Positions 19,881 through 28,499 of a DNA stretch of 64,000 nt are shown here, piece by piece. Numbering within the stretch: the stretch's first letter is position 1; each line of letters begins with the position of its first letter. Origin of the DNA: Thermoplasmata archaeon (GTDB taxonomy: Archaea > Thermoplasmatota > Thermoplasmata > GCA-020350865); contig CP070751.1 of the NCBI GenBank assembly GCA_020348445.1, forward strand, positions 279,672 through 343,671, given 5' to 3'. The notes below the pieces were generated by a model. It did no database searches. It worked only from the letters and a program-made list of their open reading frames with translations, and was not told the origin of the DNA. The translations under genes were made by a program, and so were the position numbers.

Positions 19881-21179
19881 CTATTTACCAATTCCAAAAT
19901 AAACAAATCCCATCTTGATGCATTCATCTTTATCAAACATGTTTCTTCCATCAACGATAATAGGATTTCTCATCAATTTCTTGATATGATCGAGTTTTAG
20001 ATTCTGATAAGCAGAATGCGCAGTTACCAAAACGAGGCAGTCCGAACTAGCAAGAGCCTCATCCAAATTATCAGACATCTCAACGTCCTCAAAATCCTTG
20101 ACAAAAGGATCATGGGCTCTTATCTTCGCCCCTTTGTTTTTCAATTCATTTATTATTGTTTGTGCAGGAGAATTTCTTGTATCATCCGAGTCTGCAAGAT
20201 ATGCAACACCAAGAATCGAGATCACGGCATCTTGCATTTTCAATTGTGCTTCTGAAAGTGCGGATTCAGTTAGTTCCACCATATGATGGGGCATAAAATC
20301 GTTGATGTTCCTTGCCAGGGCAATTAACTTGGGCGAAAGTTTATTTTTCACTCCGTAAGCTAAAAGCCACGAATCCTTGGGTAAACAATGGCCTCCAACT
20401 CCCGCGCCAGGAATATGCATGTCCCTGAAAGGACATTTGTTCACCAAATCCTTGACCTCGTATGCATTCATACCAAGTTTTTCGCATATCTGTGCTATCT
20501 CATTTGCAAAGGCGATTTGAACGTCTCTGTAAGCATTTTCCGCGGTCTTTACTATCTCTGCAGTGAGTGAGTCTGTTGGAAATAGCTCCCCTTCCACGAT
20601 ATTGCTGTACAATTCAACTGCCATGTTGGCACTCTCTTCGTTGATTCCCCCCACAACCCTGTCGTATTCTTTGATGTTTTGAAGCAATCTACCTGGCATC
20701 ACCCTCTCAGGGCAGTTCGCGAGATAGAAATCTTTACCTGCAGTCAATCCCGATTCCTCCTCTAGAATCGGTTTTACAATTTTATCCATGGTCGTGGGGG
20801 CAATAGTGGATTCTATCACCACAAGTGTACCTTTCGAGAGGTTTTTTCCTATATCCTTTAAGGCGGATTCAAGAGAGGAATAGTTAGGTTCCATCTTTTG
20901 GGTGTCAAAGGGCGTCTGTACAGAGATAAGAATCGCATATGCATCTTTGCACACAGAGAAATTTTGGGTTGCAGAGAGCTTCTTTTTGGAAACTTGCTCT
21001 GCAAGCAATTCCTGAAGATGGGGCTCCTTACCCTTTATCGGAGATTCGCCCTGGTTTATCATATCAACCTTTGGCTTTGAGCGATTGATACCGATGACAT
21101 TAAATCCCTTTTTAGCAAAAGCGCAGGCAACAGGGATGCCAACATATCCCATACCCACCACAACGATTTTCCTATCCAT
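19881..21179 (-). CDS. Nucleotide-sugar 6-dehydrogenase (UDP-GlcNAc/ManNAc dehydrogenase family), second copy
   Basis: GMGYVGIP, CPERVMPG, ENAYRDVQIAFANE, GAGVGGHCLPKD. Start trimmed to MDRK (GGAGG upstream). Confidence 0.9.
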   Translation of the reverse strand: MDRKIVVVGMGYVGIPVACAFAKKGFNVIGINRSKPKVDMINQGESPIKGKEPHLQELLAEQVSKKKLSATQNFSVCKDAYAILISVQTPFDTQKMEPNYSSLESALKDIGKNLSKGTLVVIESTIAPTTMDKIVKPILEEESGLTAGKDFYLANCPERVMPGRLLQNIKEYDRVVGGINEESANMAVELYSNIVEGELFPTDSLTAEIVKTAENAYRDVQIAFANEIAQICEKLGMNAYEVKDLVNKCPFRDMHIPGAGVGGHCLPKDSWLLAYGVKNKLSPKLIALARNINDFMPHHMVELTESALSEAQLKMQDAVISILGVAYLADSDDTRNSPAQTIINELKNKGAKIRAHDPFVKDFEDVEMSDNLDEALASSDCLVLVTAHSAYQNLKLDHIKKLMRNPIIVDGRNMFDKDECIKMGFVYFGIGK

Positions 21180-21193
21180 AATAAACTCCTCCG

Positions 21194-22156
21194 TCACAGG
21201 ATTTCCACAACCGCCAATAAACCCACGATAAGGCAAAGTAATGCTTCAATGCCCCAAATTAACCAGACCAAGTGCTTTTCCTTGATCCTTTTTTTCTTCA
21301 TTACTAAATGGGTCAGCGATTCCGATCTTTTTGAATATGATAAGAATCCCTCCTTATCTGGAGTACCGTAATTCTCGCTTTGAAAATGGCCTCTGAGTTT
21401 CAGGAAGAATTCTATTATCATAGGTATGAACAAAAGAGCCCCTATTGTCTTCATGTCACCTATTATTGCGGCGCAGGCAATTGTGGCGCCCATAAAAAGG
21501 GTGAGAGTGTCACCGGGGAAGATTTTTGATGGAAAGCGATTGAACCAGAGAAATGCAAAAAGAGCACCAAGAAGCGGAAACAGCAGCATCAGCGAGTCCG
21601 TGGCTTCAAATGAAAAAGAGATTATTATCAATGTTAAGGTGATTATTATTCCCAGGCCTGCACCAAGACCATTGAAACCTTCGAGCATGTTACCAGCATT
21701 TGCAGCGCATGTCACGCCAAAGGGGGCAATCAGAACCATCAAAACCCCAAAATCCACTGTTATGAAAACAAAAGACATTGTGGTTTTGTCGGCAGTATAC
21801 ACCCCCACAGGTATGGCAAACAAAAAGGGGATTACTGCCTTGAGCCTCTGTCTTATACTGAAGAGATCATCCATAATGCCGGTAAGCGCGGCTCCCACTA
21901 CAGCCAAAAGTGGGGCTGCCAGAATAGGGAAGTCGTCATTGTCGAAAATCTTGTTGATCACAAGTAGCGTTGAAACCCCTGCAATGAAGCCTATAACTAC
22001 TGCCAATCCGCCCATCTCGGGAATTTTCGGCTTGTCAAATTTGTTATGATCAACACCTACAAGCCCGCTCTCTGTTAATTTCTTGATGAGCCAGGGTACG
22101 GTTATGATGGTTGTTATAAATGATACAATTAAAGAAATGATCAATATTTCCGGCAT
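21194..22156 (-). CDS. MraY/WecA/AglH-like polyprenyl-phosphate HexNAc-1-phosphate transferase, copy 2
   Basis: PEMGG, GIMDD, NMLEGFNGL, IFPGD. Confidence 0.85.
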   Translation of the reverse strand: MPEILIISLIVSFITTIITVPWLIKKLTESGLVGVDHNKFDKPKIPEMGGLAVVIGFIAGVSTLLVINKIFDNDDFPILAAPLLAVVGAALTGIMDDLFSIRQRLKAVIPFLFAIPVGVYTADKTTMSFVFITVDFGVLMVLIAPFGVTCAANAGNMLEGFNGLGAGLGIIITLTLIIISFSFEATDSLMLLFPLLGALFAFLWFNRFPSKIFPGDTLTLFMGATIACAAIIGDMKTIGALLFIPMIIEFFLKLRGHFQSENYGTPDKEGFLSYSKRSESLTHLVMKKKRIKEKHLVWLIWGIEALLCLIVGLLAVVEIL

Positions 22157-22288
22157 GCCTCTCTAGCCAAGTGAACTAACTAATTCCCTAAAAAGTTTTT
22201 CTTTTGAATATCCATTTTCAGAAGTTCAAATCTTCGGATAAATCAGGGAATAGGTTCGATATCTCGATTTTAAGTGAAAAAAAATGGT

Positions 22289-24571
22289 TTACGTAATCTC
22301 TTTTTTATTACGTGCCATCTTCCTTGTCATAATGTATCCCAAAATCAATAAAATCAATATTGCAGATGCCACCAGGGCCCAAGGAATCCCCTCCTCCTTT
22401 TTAGGAGGTTTTTTCCCGAGTTCTACGTACTCCACAGCTTCAAGATCATAGAGGTTTACTGTCATTTCCATTTCATTTCCATCGTAATCAGAACTGGGGG
22501 TACCAAATCTAAGGGGTGCGATCATTGAATTTTCTTGGCTGAAGTCTATGAAATTCCCTTCACCGTCCAAATCCCCCCAAACAAGCTGCACTGATATGGA
22601 ATATTCTATCCTCAGTTCCACGTAGCTGTTATCCCGAAGTGGATTTTGGAATTTGAAGCCCTGTCCAACTATTCCGAAGGCCCAAAGCGCATCAGTTGTG
22701 GAAGAGTCCACCTCGAGTTCTTCGTGTCGGGTGCCTGAGAGCTCGGGGCTCATATCGCCGTTATAATCAACGGAACCATCGTTGTCGAAGTCGATTGTAA
22801 AGGAGATATCTCCAGCTGACATTGTAGAGGCGTCCACTGGATCGTAAGCGAGGTCCACAATTACCCTTTTTACACCCGCTGGGACGAACACGTTCTTGGT
22901 TTGATTAACTGTTGTAATAGATATTCCATTTTGATCGATATACCTGCTGTATTCACCGTCCCACTGGGTATAAAGGACATTGGTGGATTCTGACAGATTC
23001 ACCTCAACCATCATATTCTCGAAGCTTCTAAGGGCATCGGCCACGGTGATATCCTTCTCGGGGTACATTTTTCTGAGTCGTTCCAAAGTCAAGGCCACCC
23101 CCACAGCCTTCTCCACGTTAACTATTCCATAACCCTGGCAGTAGTCCATGGGCCTTCCGTCCATACCTGTGATGTTATCTTGGGCTGGAACACCTGTCTC
23201 TTCAGAGGGCTCAAGATAAGTGGCAGTAGCTTCCATTATCCATTCGATTTCGTGTATTCTCGTCTTAGGATTCTCCCACCAACTTGCATCTTCACCGCTA
23301 TAATCCTCATGTCTCTCGCTTATTGTAAGAGACGGGGCAGCCTGCCACAAAAGTGCTACCAATCCAGCAACATGGGGCGTGGACATGGAGGTGCCGCTTA
23401 TGGCCAAGTAGTACGGATTGGGATTGCCGCCGACCTTTGATCCAGCGCTGATTAAAGTTCTCCTTGCATGGGCACTCCATATGCTTCTACCAGGTGCCCC
23501 TATATCAGGATAGGTGTGGTTTTGCCCGATATAACCTTTGGAGCTGAAGTCAGTCACAGCTGAGCCGTCTCTTTCATAAGCAGCGCACATTATTGCAACT
23601 GGTGTGTTGCCCTGGGGGCTGGTAAGTCCCTGCTCTCCTTGCGGATCATCTCTTCCATGATTTCCAGCAGACCATGTAGAAACCACGTTATTATCGAAGG
23701 CAAGCATCTCTATAACCTGGGTTAGCGGCGATTCGGGATCGTATAAGCCATGTTCCTGATCCTCCACATGCCAACTGTTGGTGGCGAGCCTGATGTTGTT
23801 AGGATTTGCATTGGGACGTGAATTGTCGTACACCCATTCGAGGCTTATTAGATAATCTGCTACAGTGGGATCAACCAAAGTGAGTCCAATTAAATTGGCA
23901 CCAGGAGCCACACCTCTTCTGGCCCCTGCAGAAGCGTCACCGTTTCCTGCCACAGTGCCTGCGACGTGCGTCCCGTGCCCGTAGTCAAAATCCGTGTTTT
24001 CCATCTCTACCCAGGCATAACCTCCGTCTCGATTGAGAAATAGATTCATGATGGTCTTTTCCCCGTAATCCAGATCAGGATGTCCCGCGTCGATACCGGT
24101 ATCAACCACGACAGCCGTGACTCCGGACCCATCGATAAACGTGTGTTTGGACGAGCCATTGACCTCACGGTTCCATGCACTTGGTGCGTCGATTACAGAT
24201 AGCGACAGCTCCATGTCAAGTTCTATCTCACTATTGAAATCTATTCTGCTTGCACGGTTATAGCTACTTAGGGTCTTAATTGAATCCACTTTTCCTCTTA
24301 AATAGACCGCGGGTATCACATGATAGGTATAAAGGATATCAATATCCAATGCATTTATCAAATCAATATCCTTCTCCTTAACCTCCCCTTGAAATTGAAC
24401 TATGACCTCCATTTCATCTGTGGGAGATAGTCTTTTAATTTCACGGAGGGCAGAAGGTGCAAAGACATCTTCTCGTATACTGGAATCACCATAAATAACA
24501 GGTGTTGAGGGTAAAATGATCATTAATACGATAATAAAGCAAATCTCAAACCCCCTTGATATTTTATGCAT
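22289..24571 (-). CDS. Secreted, C-terminally anchored S8 (subtilisin-like) serine peptidase
   Basis: Signal peptide and propeptide. Catalytic triad VVDTGID, HGTHVAG, GTSMSTPHVAG. Oxyanion AGN. C-terminal TM helix followed by basic residues. Confidence 0.92.
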   Translation of the reverse strand: MHKISRGFEICFIIVLMIILPSTPVIYGDSSIREDVFAPSALREIKRLSPTDEMEVIVQFQGEVKEKDIDLINALDIDILYTYHVIPAVYLRGKVDSIKTLSSYNRASRIDFNSEIELDMELSLSVIDAPSAWNREVNGSSKHTFIDGSGVTAVVVDTGIDAGHPDLDYGEKTIMNLFLNRDGGYAWVEMENTDFDYGHGTHVAGTVAGNGDASAGARRGVAPGANLIGLTLVDPTVADYLISLEWVYDNSRPNANPNNIRLATNSWHVEDQEHGLYDPESPLTQVIEMLAFDNNVVSTWSAGNHGRDDPQGEQGLTSPQGNTPVAIMCAAYERDGSAVTDFSSKGYIGQNHTYPDIGAPGRSIWSAHARRTLISAGSKVGGNPNPYYLAISGTSMSTPHVAGLVALLWQAAPSLTISERHEDYSGEDASWWENPKTRIHEIEWIMEATATYLEPSEETGVPAQDNITGMDGRPMDYCQGYGIVNVEKAVGVALTLERLRKMYPEKDITVADALRSFENMMVEVNLSESTNVLYTQWDGEYSRYIDQNGISITTVNQTKNVFVPAGVKRVIVDLAYDPVDASTMSAGDISFTIDFDNDGSVDYNGDMSPELSGTRHEELEVDSSTTDALWAFGIVGQGFKFQNPLRDNSYVELRIEYSISVQLVWGDLDGEGNFIDFSQENSMIAPLRFGTPSSDYDGNEMEMTVNLYDLEAVEYVELGKKPPKKEEGIPWALVASAILILLILGYIMTRKMARNKKEIT

Positions 24572-24646
24572 TTTCCAAACACCGCAAATTACAATATAAC
24601 ATTCCCGATATATATATTTCTTTGAAATAAAGGCAGATTGGACCCC

Positions 24647-25582
24647 TTAAAGGCTTCCCAACATCTCCGAGAATGCCTCAAGCCTCAACTTAACCTGCTT
24701 TGTTGTTTTTTTTGGCATGTCACCTTGAATCGTGAGGAACGGGTAGTTCAGATTCTTTCTAAATATATCGTCCTCAAGAAGGTGATGACATGCAAATTGA
24801 GTGTAATGGATTATGCCATCCACCCTTCTTCTTTTAAGTTCTTTTTCGAGGAATTTTAGCCTGAAATCCAGATTTCTGGCAAAGGTATAGTTGCAATAAC
24901 TTTTTGCAAGTTCGTCGATATTCACCCCTGAAAGCCTTACAAATTCATAGGGCAGTTCATCGTAAACCACATGAAGCCCAAGCGATGCCAGATTCTCATG
25001 AAAATCAGGGTATATGGGAGGCACACCCAAAAGGGCTATCCTACTTAAGAAGTCGATATCCTCCTCCTTTACATTCTCAAGCAGCCTTTCAAATTCTGAA
25101 ATGTCCCCTCTAAGATCGCTTGCTGAGACCATGATCTCGAATGCCTTTTCTGCGGAAATCTTTCCAGCAATCCTTTTATCGTCGATCTCTAGAATCTTCT
25201 TTTTGATTTCCTTTACTTCCTTGAACGCTTTGTGTTCTTTTATTCCCCCCAAAAAGACGGTGAGCTCCTCCAACTGATCTTTGAGATAATCAGAGTCATC
25301 ATCAAAAGGATAGAATAAAAAGAAGGTGGGAAGCCCTTTCATTTCCACCTTTTGCCCGTCGACGAGAGCATTGTGACAATCACCTCCTGCCACAACCACC
25401 AGATACTCAAGTGCAAGCTCATTTTTCAGTATCATGTCCCTCCAGATGGCGGTCCAAGCACACAGCTTATTTGATGGCTGCAGATTCGATAGAGGTACGA
25501 AATTGTTGATATCACAGGGTTTTTTTCCACAGGCAAATATCAGCTCAGGTGGAATTAAGGCGGTGATGCCTACTTTTGTCAT
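24647..25582 (-). CDS. 2-hydroxyacyl-CoA dehydratase family (HgdA/B, FldB/C) Fe-S protein, short single subunit
   Basis: LCAW, GGDC, VDGIIHYTQFACH, RLEAF. Three spaced Cys. Start trimmed to MTKVG (AGGAAGG upstream). Confidence 0.75.
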   Translation of the reverse strand: MTKVGITALIPPELIFACGKKPCDINNFVPLSNLQPSNKLCAWTAIWRDMILKNELALEYLVVVAGGDCHNALVDGQKVEMKGLPTFFLFYPFDDDSDYLKDQLEELTVFLGGIKEHKAFKEVKEIKKKILEIDDKRIAGKISAEKAFEIMVSASDLRGDISEFERLLENVKEEDIDFLSRIALLGVPPIYPDFHENLASLGLHVVYDELPYEFVRLSGVNIDELAKSYCNYTFARNLDFRLKFLEKELKRRRVDGIIHYTQFACHHLLEDDIFRKNLNYPFLTIQGDMPKKTTKQVKLRLEAFSEMLGSL

Positions 25583-25736
25583 TTTACTTTCCTTCCTGTC
25601 AGGGTGGAGAACAAAGACGAATCCGATATTTATCGTTTTTGACAAACACTTTTAATAGGAATAAGCCCATGTATCTAATACTATTGTGAGCTCAACACAG
25701 ATGTCTGATTAAAGAGAATATAAAGGGGAGGATCAA

Positions 25737-26114
25737 ATGAAGGAATTCAAGATTCAGGTAAAACACCAACCAGGAGAATTGGCAAAGGTAACAGAAACAC
25801 TTGCGGCAAGAGCAGTCAACATTAAGGCAATAGCCAGTGAAGCTTTGGGGGAGGACGCCTTCCTTAGGGTTGTGACCAATGATGTTAATACAACCACGAA
25901 AGCACTGAAAGAATCAGGGACAAAATATGTGCAGAACGATTTACTGACATTGTCGCTTATAGACAGGCCAGGAGAGTTGGCCAAGGTGGCCAAAAAACTG
26001 GGCAAGGCCAAGATAAACATAGAATCCATCTATATTTTGGGCCAAAAGGAGGGCAAAACAGAAGTGGCTTTGGTCGTGGATGATATGAAGAAGGCAAGCA
26101 ACCTTCTTGGTTAA
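25737..26114 (+). CDS. Tandem ACT-domain protein
   Basis: HQPGELAKV...NI and DRPGELAKVA...INI ACT signatures. Confidence 0.85.
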   Translation: MKEFKIQVKHQPGELAKVTETLAARAVNIKAIASEALGEDAFLRVVTNDVNTTTKALKESGTKYVQNDLLTLSLIDRPGELAKVAKKLGKAKINIESIYILGQKEGKTEVALVVDDMKKASNLLG

Positions 26115-26197
26115 GTCCGCCCTCTCGCGAAAATCCCTTCACATGGTAAGATACCTTTGAAATACTGTATTTCCAGGTTCTCACAAGAGGCCTTTTT

Positions 26198-27217
26198 ATG
26201 CATCTTTCAGATTTCGATTATCAGCTACCTACGCACTTAATAGCACAAAGACCTGCGGAACCAAGGGACTCCTCAAGGCTAATGGTCATGCAAAGGGACA
26301 TAATCGAGCATAAGAAATTTCGGGATTTAAAGGATTATTTAGATCGTGGAGACATTTTGATTCTCAACGATTCAAAGGTTTTGCCTGCCAGAATTTTCGG
26401 AAAAAAAGTGACAGGCGGGAAGGTGGAAGTTCTTTTAGTTACTAAAGAAGATGAATCTACTTGGGAATGCCTAATAAAAGGTAAAAACATAAAGGAAAAT
26501 ACACGCCTTTTTTTCGGGGATAATGAATTGGTAGGGAAAATAATGGAGAGAATCGAGGGAGGAAGATATAGGATAGAATTTGAAGCACAAAAAGATCTAG
26601 GGGAAATATTAAAGAGAATCGGAAAAATGCCAACCCCGCCTTACATAAAGGAGTTACTTTTGGATCAGGACAGATACCAGACTGTGTACGGTAAAGAAAA
26701 TGGTTCAATTGCCGCGCCTACGGCGGGTCTGCATTTTACTGAAGATTTTCTAGCACAGCTTCGCGAAAAGGGAGTGGTTATTACCCCTCTCACCCTCCAT
26801 GTCAGTGTGGGAACGTTTCTTCCCGTAAAGGTGAAATACATAAGGGAACACAAGATGGAACCTGAACTTTTTGAAATAGATAACAAAACTGCAAAAACCA
26901 TAAATTCAGCAAGGGAAGACAAGAAGAAAATAATTGCAGTTGGCACCACCACATTAAAGGCTCTTGAGAGTGCCTGCGATGATAATGGTAGAATTTCCGA
27001 AACAAAAGGAGAAAGCGATCTGTTTATTTATCCTGGCTACGAATTCAAGTTCAAATTGGATGGCCTTCTCACAAATTTTCATCTTCCTAAATCCACGCTT
27101 ATTATGCTCGTTTCAGCTTTTGCAGGAAAGGATACTATACTGGATTCTTATAACGTTGCCATAGAACATTCGTACAGATTCTACAGCTTTGGAGACGCCA
27201 TGTTGATATTAAAGTGA
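26198..27217 (+). CDS. queA: S-adenosylmethionine:tRNA ribosyltransferase-isomerase
   Basis: FDYQLP..LIAQ.P, NDSKV.PAR, PPYI, YQTVY, AAPTAGLHF, LHV..GTF, VGTT, TNFHLPKSTL, YRFYSFGDAM. Confidence 0.97.
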   Translation: MHLSDFDYQLPTHLIAQRPAEPRDSSRLMVMQRDIIEHKKFRDLKDYLDRGDILILNDSKVLPARIFGKKVTGGKVEVLLVTKEDESTWECLIKGKNIKENTRLFFGDNELVGKIMERIEGGRYRIEFEAQKDLGEILKRIGKMPTPPYIKELLLDQDRYQTVYGKENGSIAAPTAGLHFTEDFLAQLREKGVVITPLTLHVSVGTFLPVKVKYIREHKMEPELFEIDNKTAKTINSAREDKKKIIAVGTTTLKALESACDDNGRISETKGESDLFIYPGYEFKFKLDGLLTNFHLPKSTLIMLVSAFAGKDTILDSYNVAIEHSYRFYSFGDAMLILK

Positions 27218-28323
27218 TTATAATGTTCGAAATTGAATATGAGGACGAAAAGTCAGAGGCAAGGGCAGGAACATTAACCGTCAACAATAGAATCTTCGAA
27301 ACTCCTGGATTCCTACCTGTTGCCACAAAGGCAGATGTAAAGCTCATCTCCCCTGATGAGTTACAGGAGATCGGAGCTTCGGGAGTCATCACAAACGCCC
27401 TTGTTCTTTTCCTAAGACCGGGCCTTGAGGTAGTTGAAGCAGCAGGCGACATTCACAAGTTCATGTCATGGGACGGTATCGTCTTCTCGGACAGCGGCGG
27501 CTTTCAGATGCTCAACTCCGACTTTCTTGTGAAGGTCACAGAAGAACTAGTAACATTTAAATCACCATTTACAGGTTCCATACTTGATTTTTCCCCAGAA
27601 TTATGCGTTGAAATCCAGATGCGGTTAGGTTCTGATATTGCCATGGTACTTGACGACTGCCCTTCATATGGAAGCAGTTACGATGATATCTTAGCATCGA
27701 CAAAACGAACCCTTTTCTGGGCAAAGAGATTTAGAGATTCCCATAAAAACCAGTCCCAGGAAGTCTTTGGAATTGTCCAGGGCGGGGTGTTTAAGGATTT
27801 GAGGGATAATTGTGCAGAGAGTCTTGTAAAAATGGATTTTGACGGATACGCGATCGGGGGGCTTTGCATCGGTGAGCCCAAGGATGTGATGCACGAGGTA
27901 ATCCAGAAAACGACACCTCTTTTACCTCCCCAAAAACCCAGGTATTTAATGGGTGTGGGTTCCCCGGAGGACATGCTCAAGGCAATATCATGCGGGGTTG
28001 ACATCTTTGATTCTGTTTTTCCCACAAGAAACGCCAGGCACAACACTGTGTACACCAAGAACGGAAAGGTGAATTTGGGTAAGGAGAAGTTCAACTCGGA
28101 TATTGGGCCTATTGATGAAGGATGCAAGTGCTACACCTGCAGCAAGTTTTCACTGTCCTATGTAAATCATCTACTTCGGGAGTACGAGTACTTTGGCATG
28201 CGGTTGGCAACCATACACAACCTGCATTTTCTCGTGAATCTGATGAAGGAGGCAAGAGAGGCCATTTTAGAGGGAAGGTTCGAGGGATTTAAAGGGGAAT
28301 TTCTACAAAATTATAAATTTTAA
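27214..28323 (+). CDS. tgt: tRNA-guanine(34) transglycosylase, bacterial type
   Basis: DSGGFQ, LDDCP, GIVQGG, IGGL, RYLMGVG, DIFDSVFPTR, CxCxxC...HN zinc site. 369 aa with no archaeal C-terminal PUA extension. GTGA overlap with queA. Confidence 0.93.
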   Translation: MIIMFEIEYEDEKSEARAGTLTVNNRIFETPGFLPVATKADVKLISPDELQEIGASGVITNALVLFLRPGLEVVEAAGDIHKFMSWDGIVFSDSGGFQMLNSDFLVKVTEELVTFKSPFTGSILDFSPELCVEIQMRLGSDIAMVLDDCPSYGSSYDDILASTKRTLFWAKRFRDSHKNQSQEVFGIVQGGVFKDLRDNCAESLVKMDFDGYAIGGLCIGEPKDVMHEVIQKTTPLLPPQKPRYLMGVGSPEDMLKAISCGVDIFDSVFPTRNARHNTVYTKNGKVNLGKEKFNSDIGPIDEGCKCYTCSKFSLSYVNHLLREYEYFGMRLATIHNLHFLVNLMKEAREAILEGRFEGFKGEFLQNYKF

Positions 28324-28499
28324 TTGTCCGATTCCTTTTGAAAGTAAAAAAACAGATTAATTAGCCTGCACACCGAAAGAAATTCCAAATACCCAAAAAT
28401 ATTTAAAGAGATACCATTACCGAAAAATATATGCCATCAAATTCTGATGGGGACTCATCCATTCTATCTTAATAAAAGGTAGATAAAGGAGGGATTGTC

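Noticed and set aside
21426-22049. 207-aa plus-strand ORF
   Set aside because: Antisense shadow of the MraY-like gene with no independent motifs. The same applies to most short nested ORFs in the track.
26115-26197. preQ1 riboswitch upstream of queA
   Set aside because: AGGTTCT is present, but there is no closing P1 stem or A-rich 3' tail.
27214-28323. DpdA-type DNA-modifying transglycosylase or archaeosine TGT
   Set aside because: It has the full bacterial TGT motif set, is coupled to queA, has no dpd genes nearby and no PUA extension.
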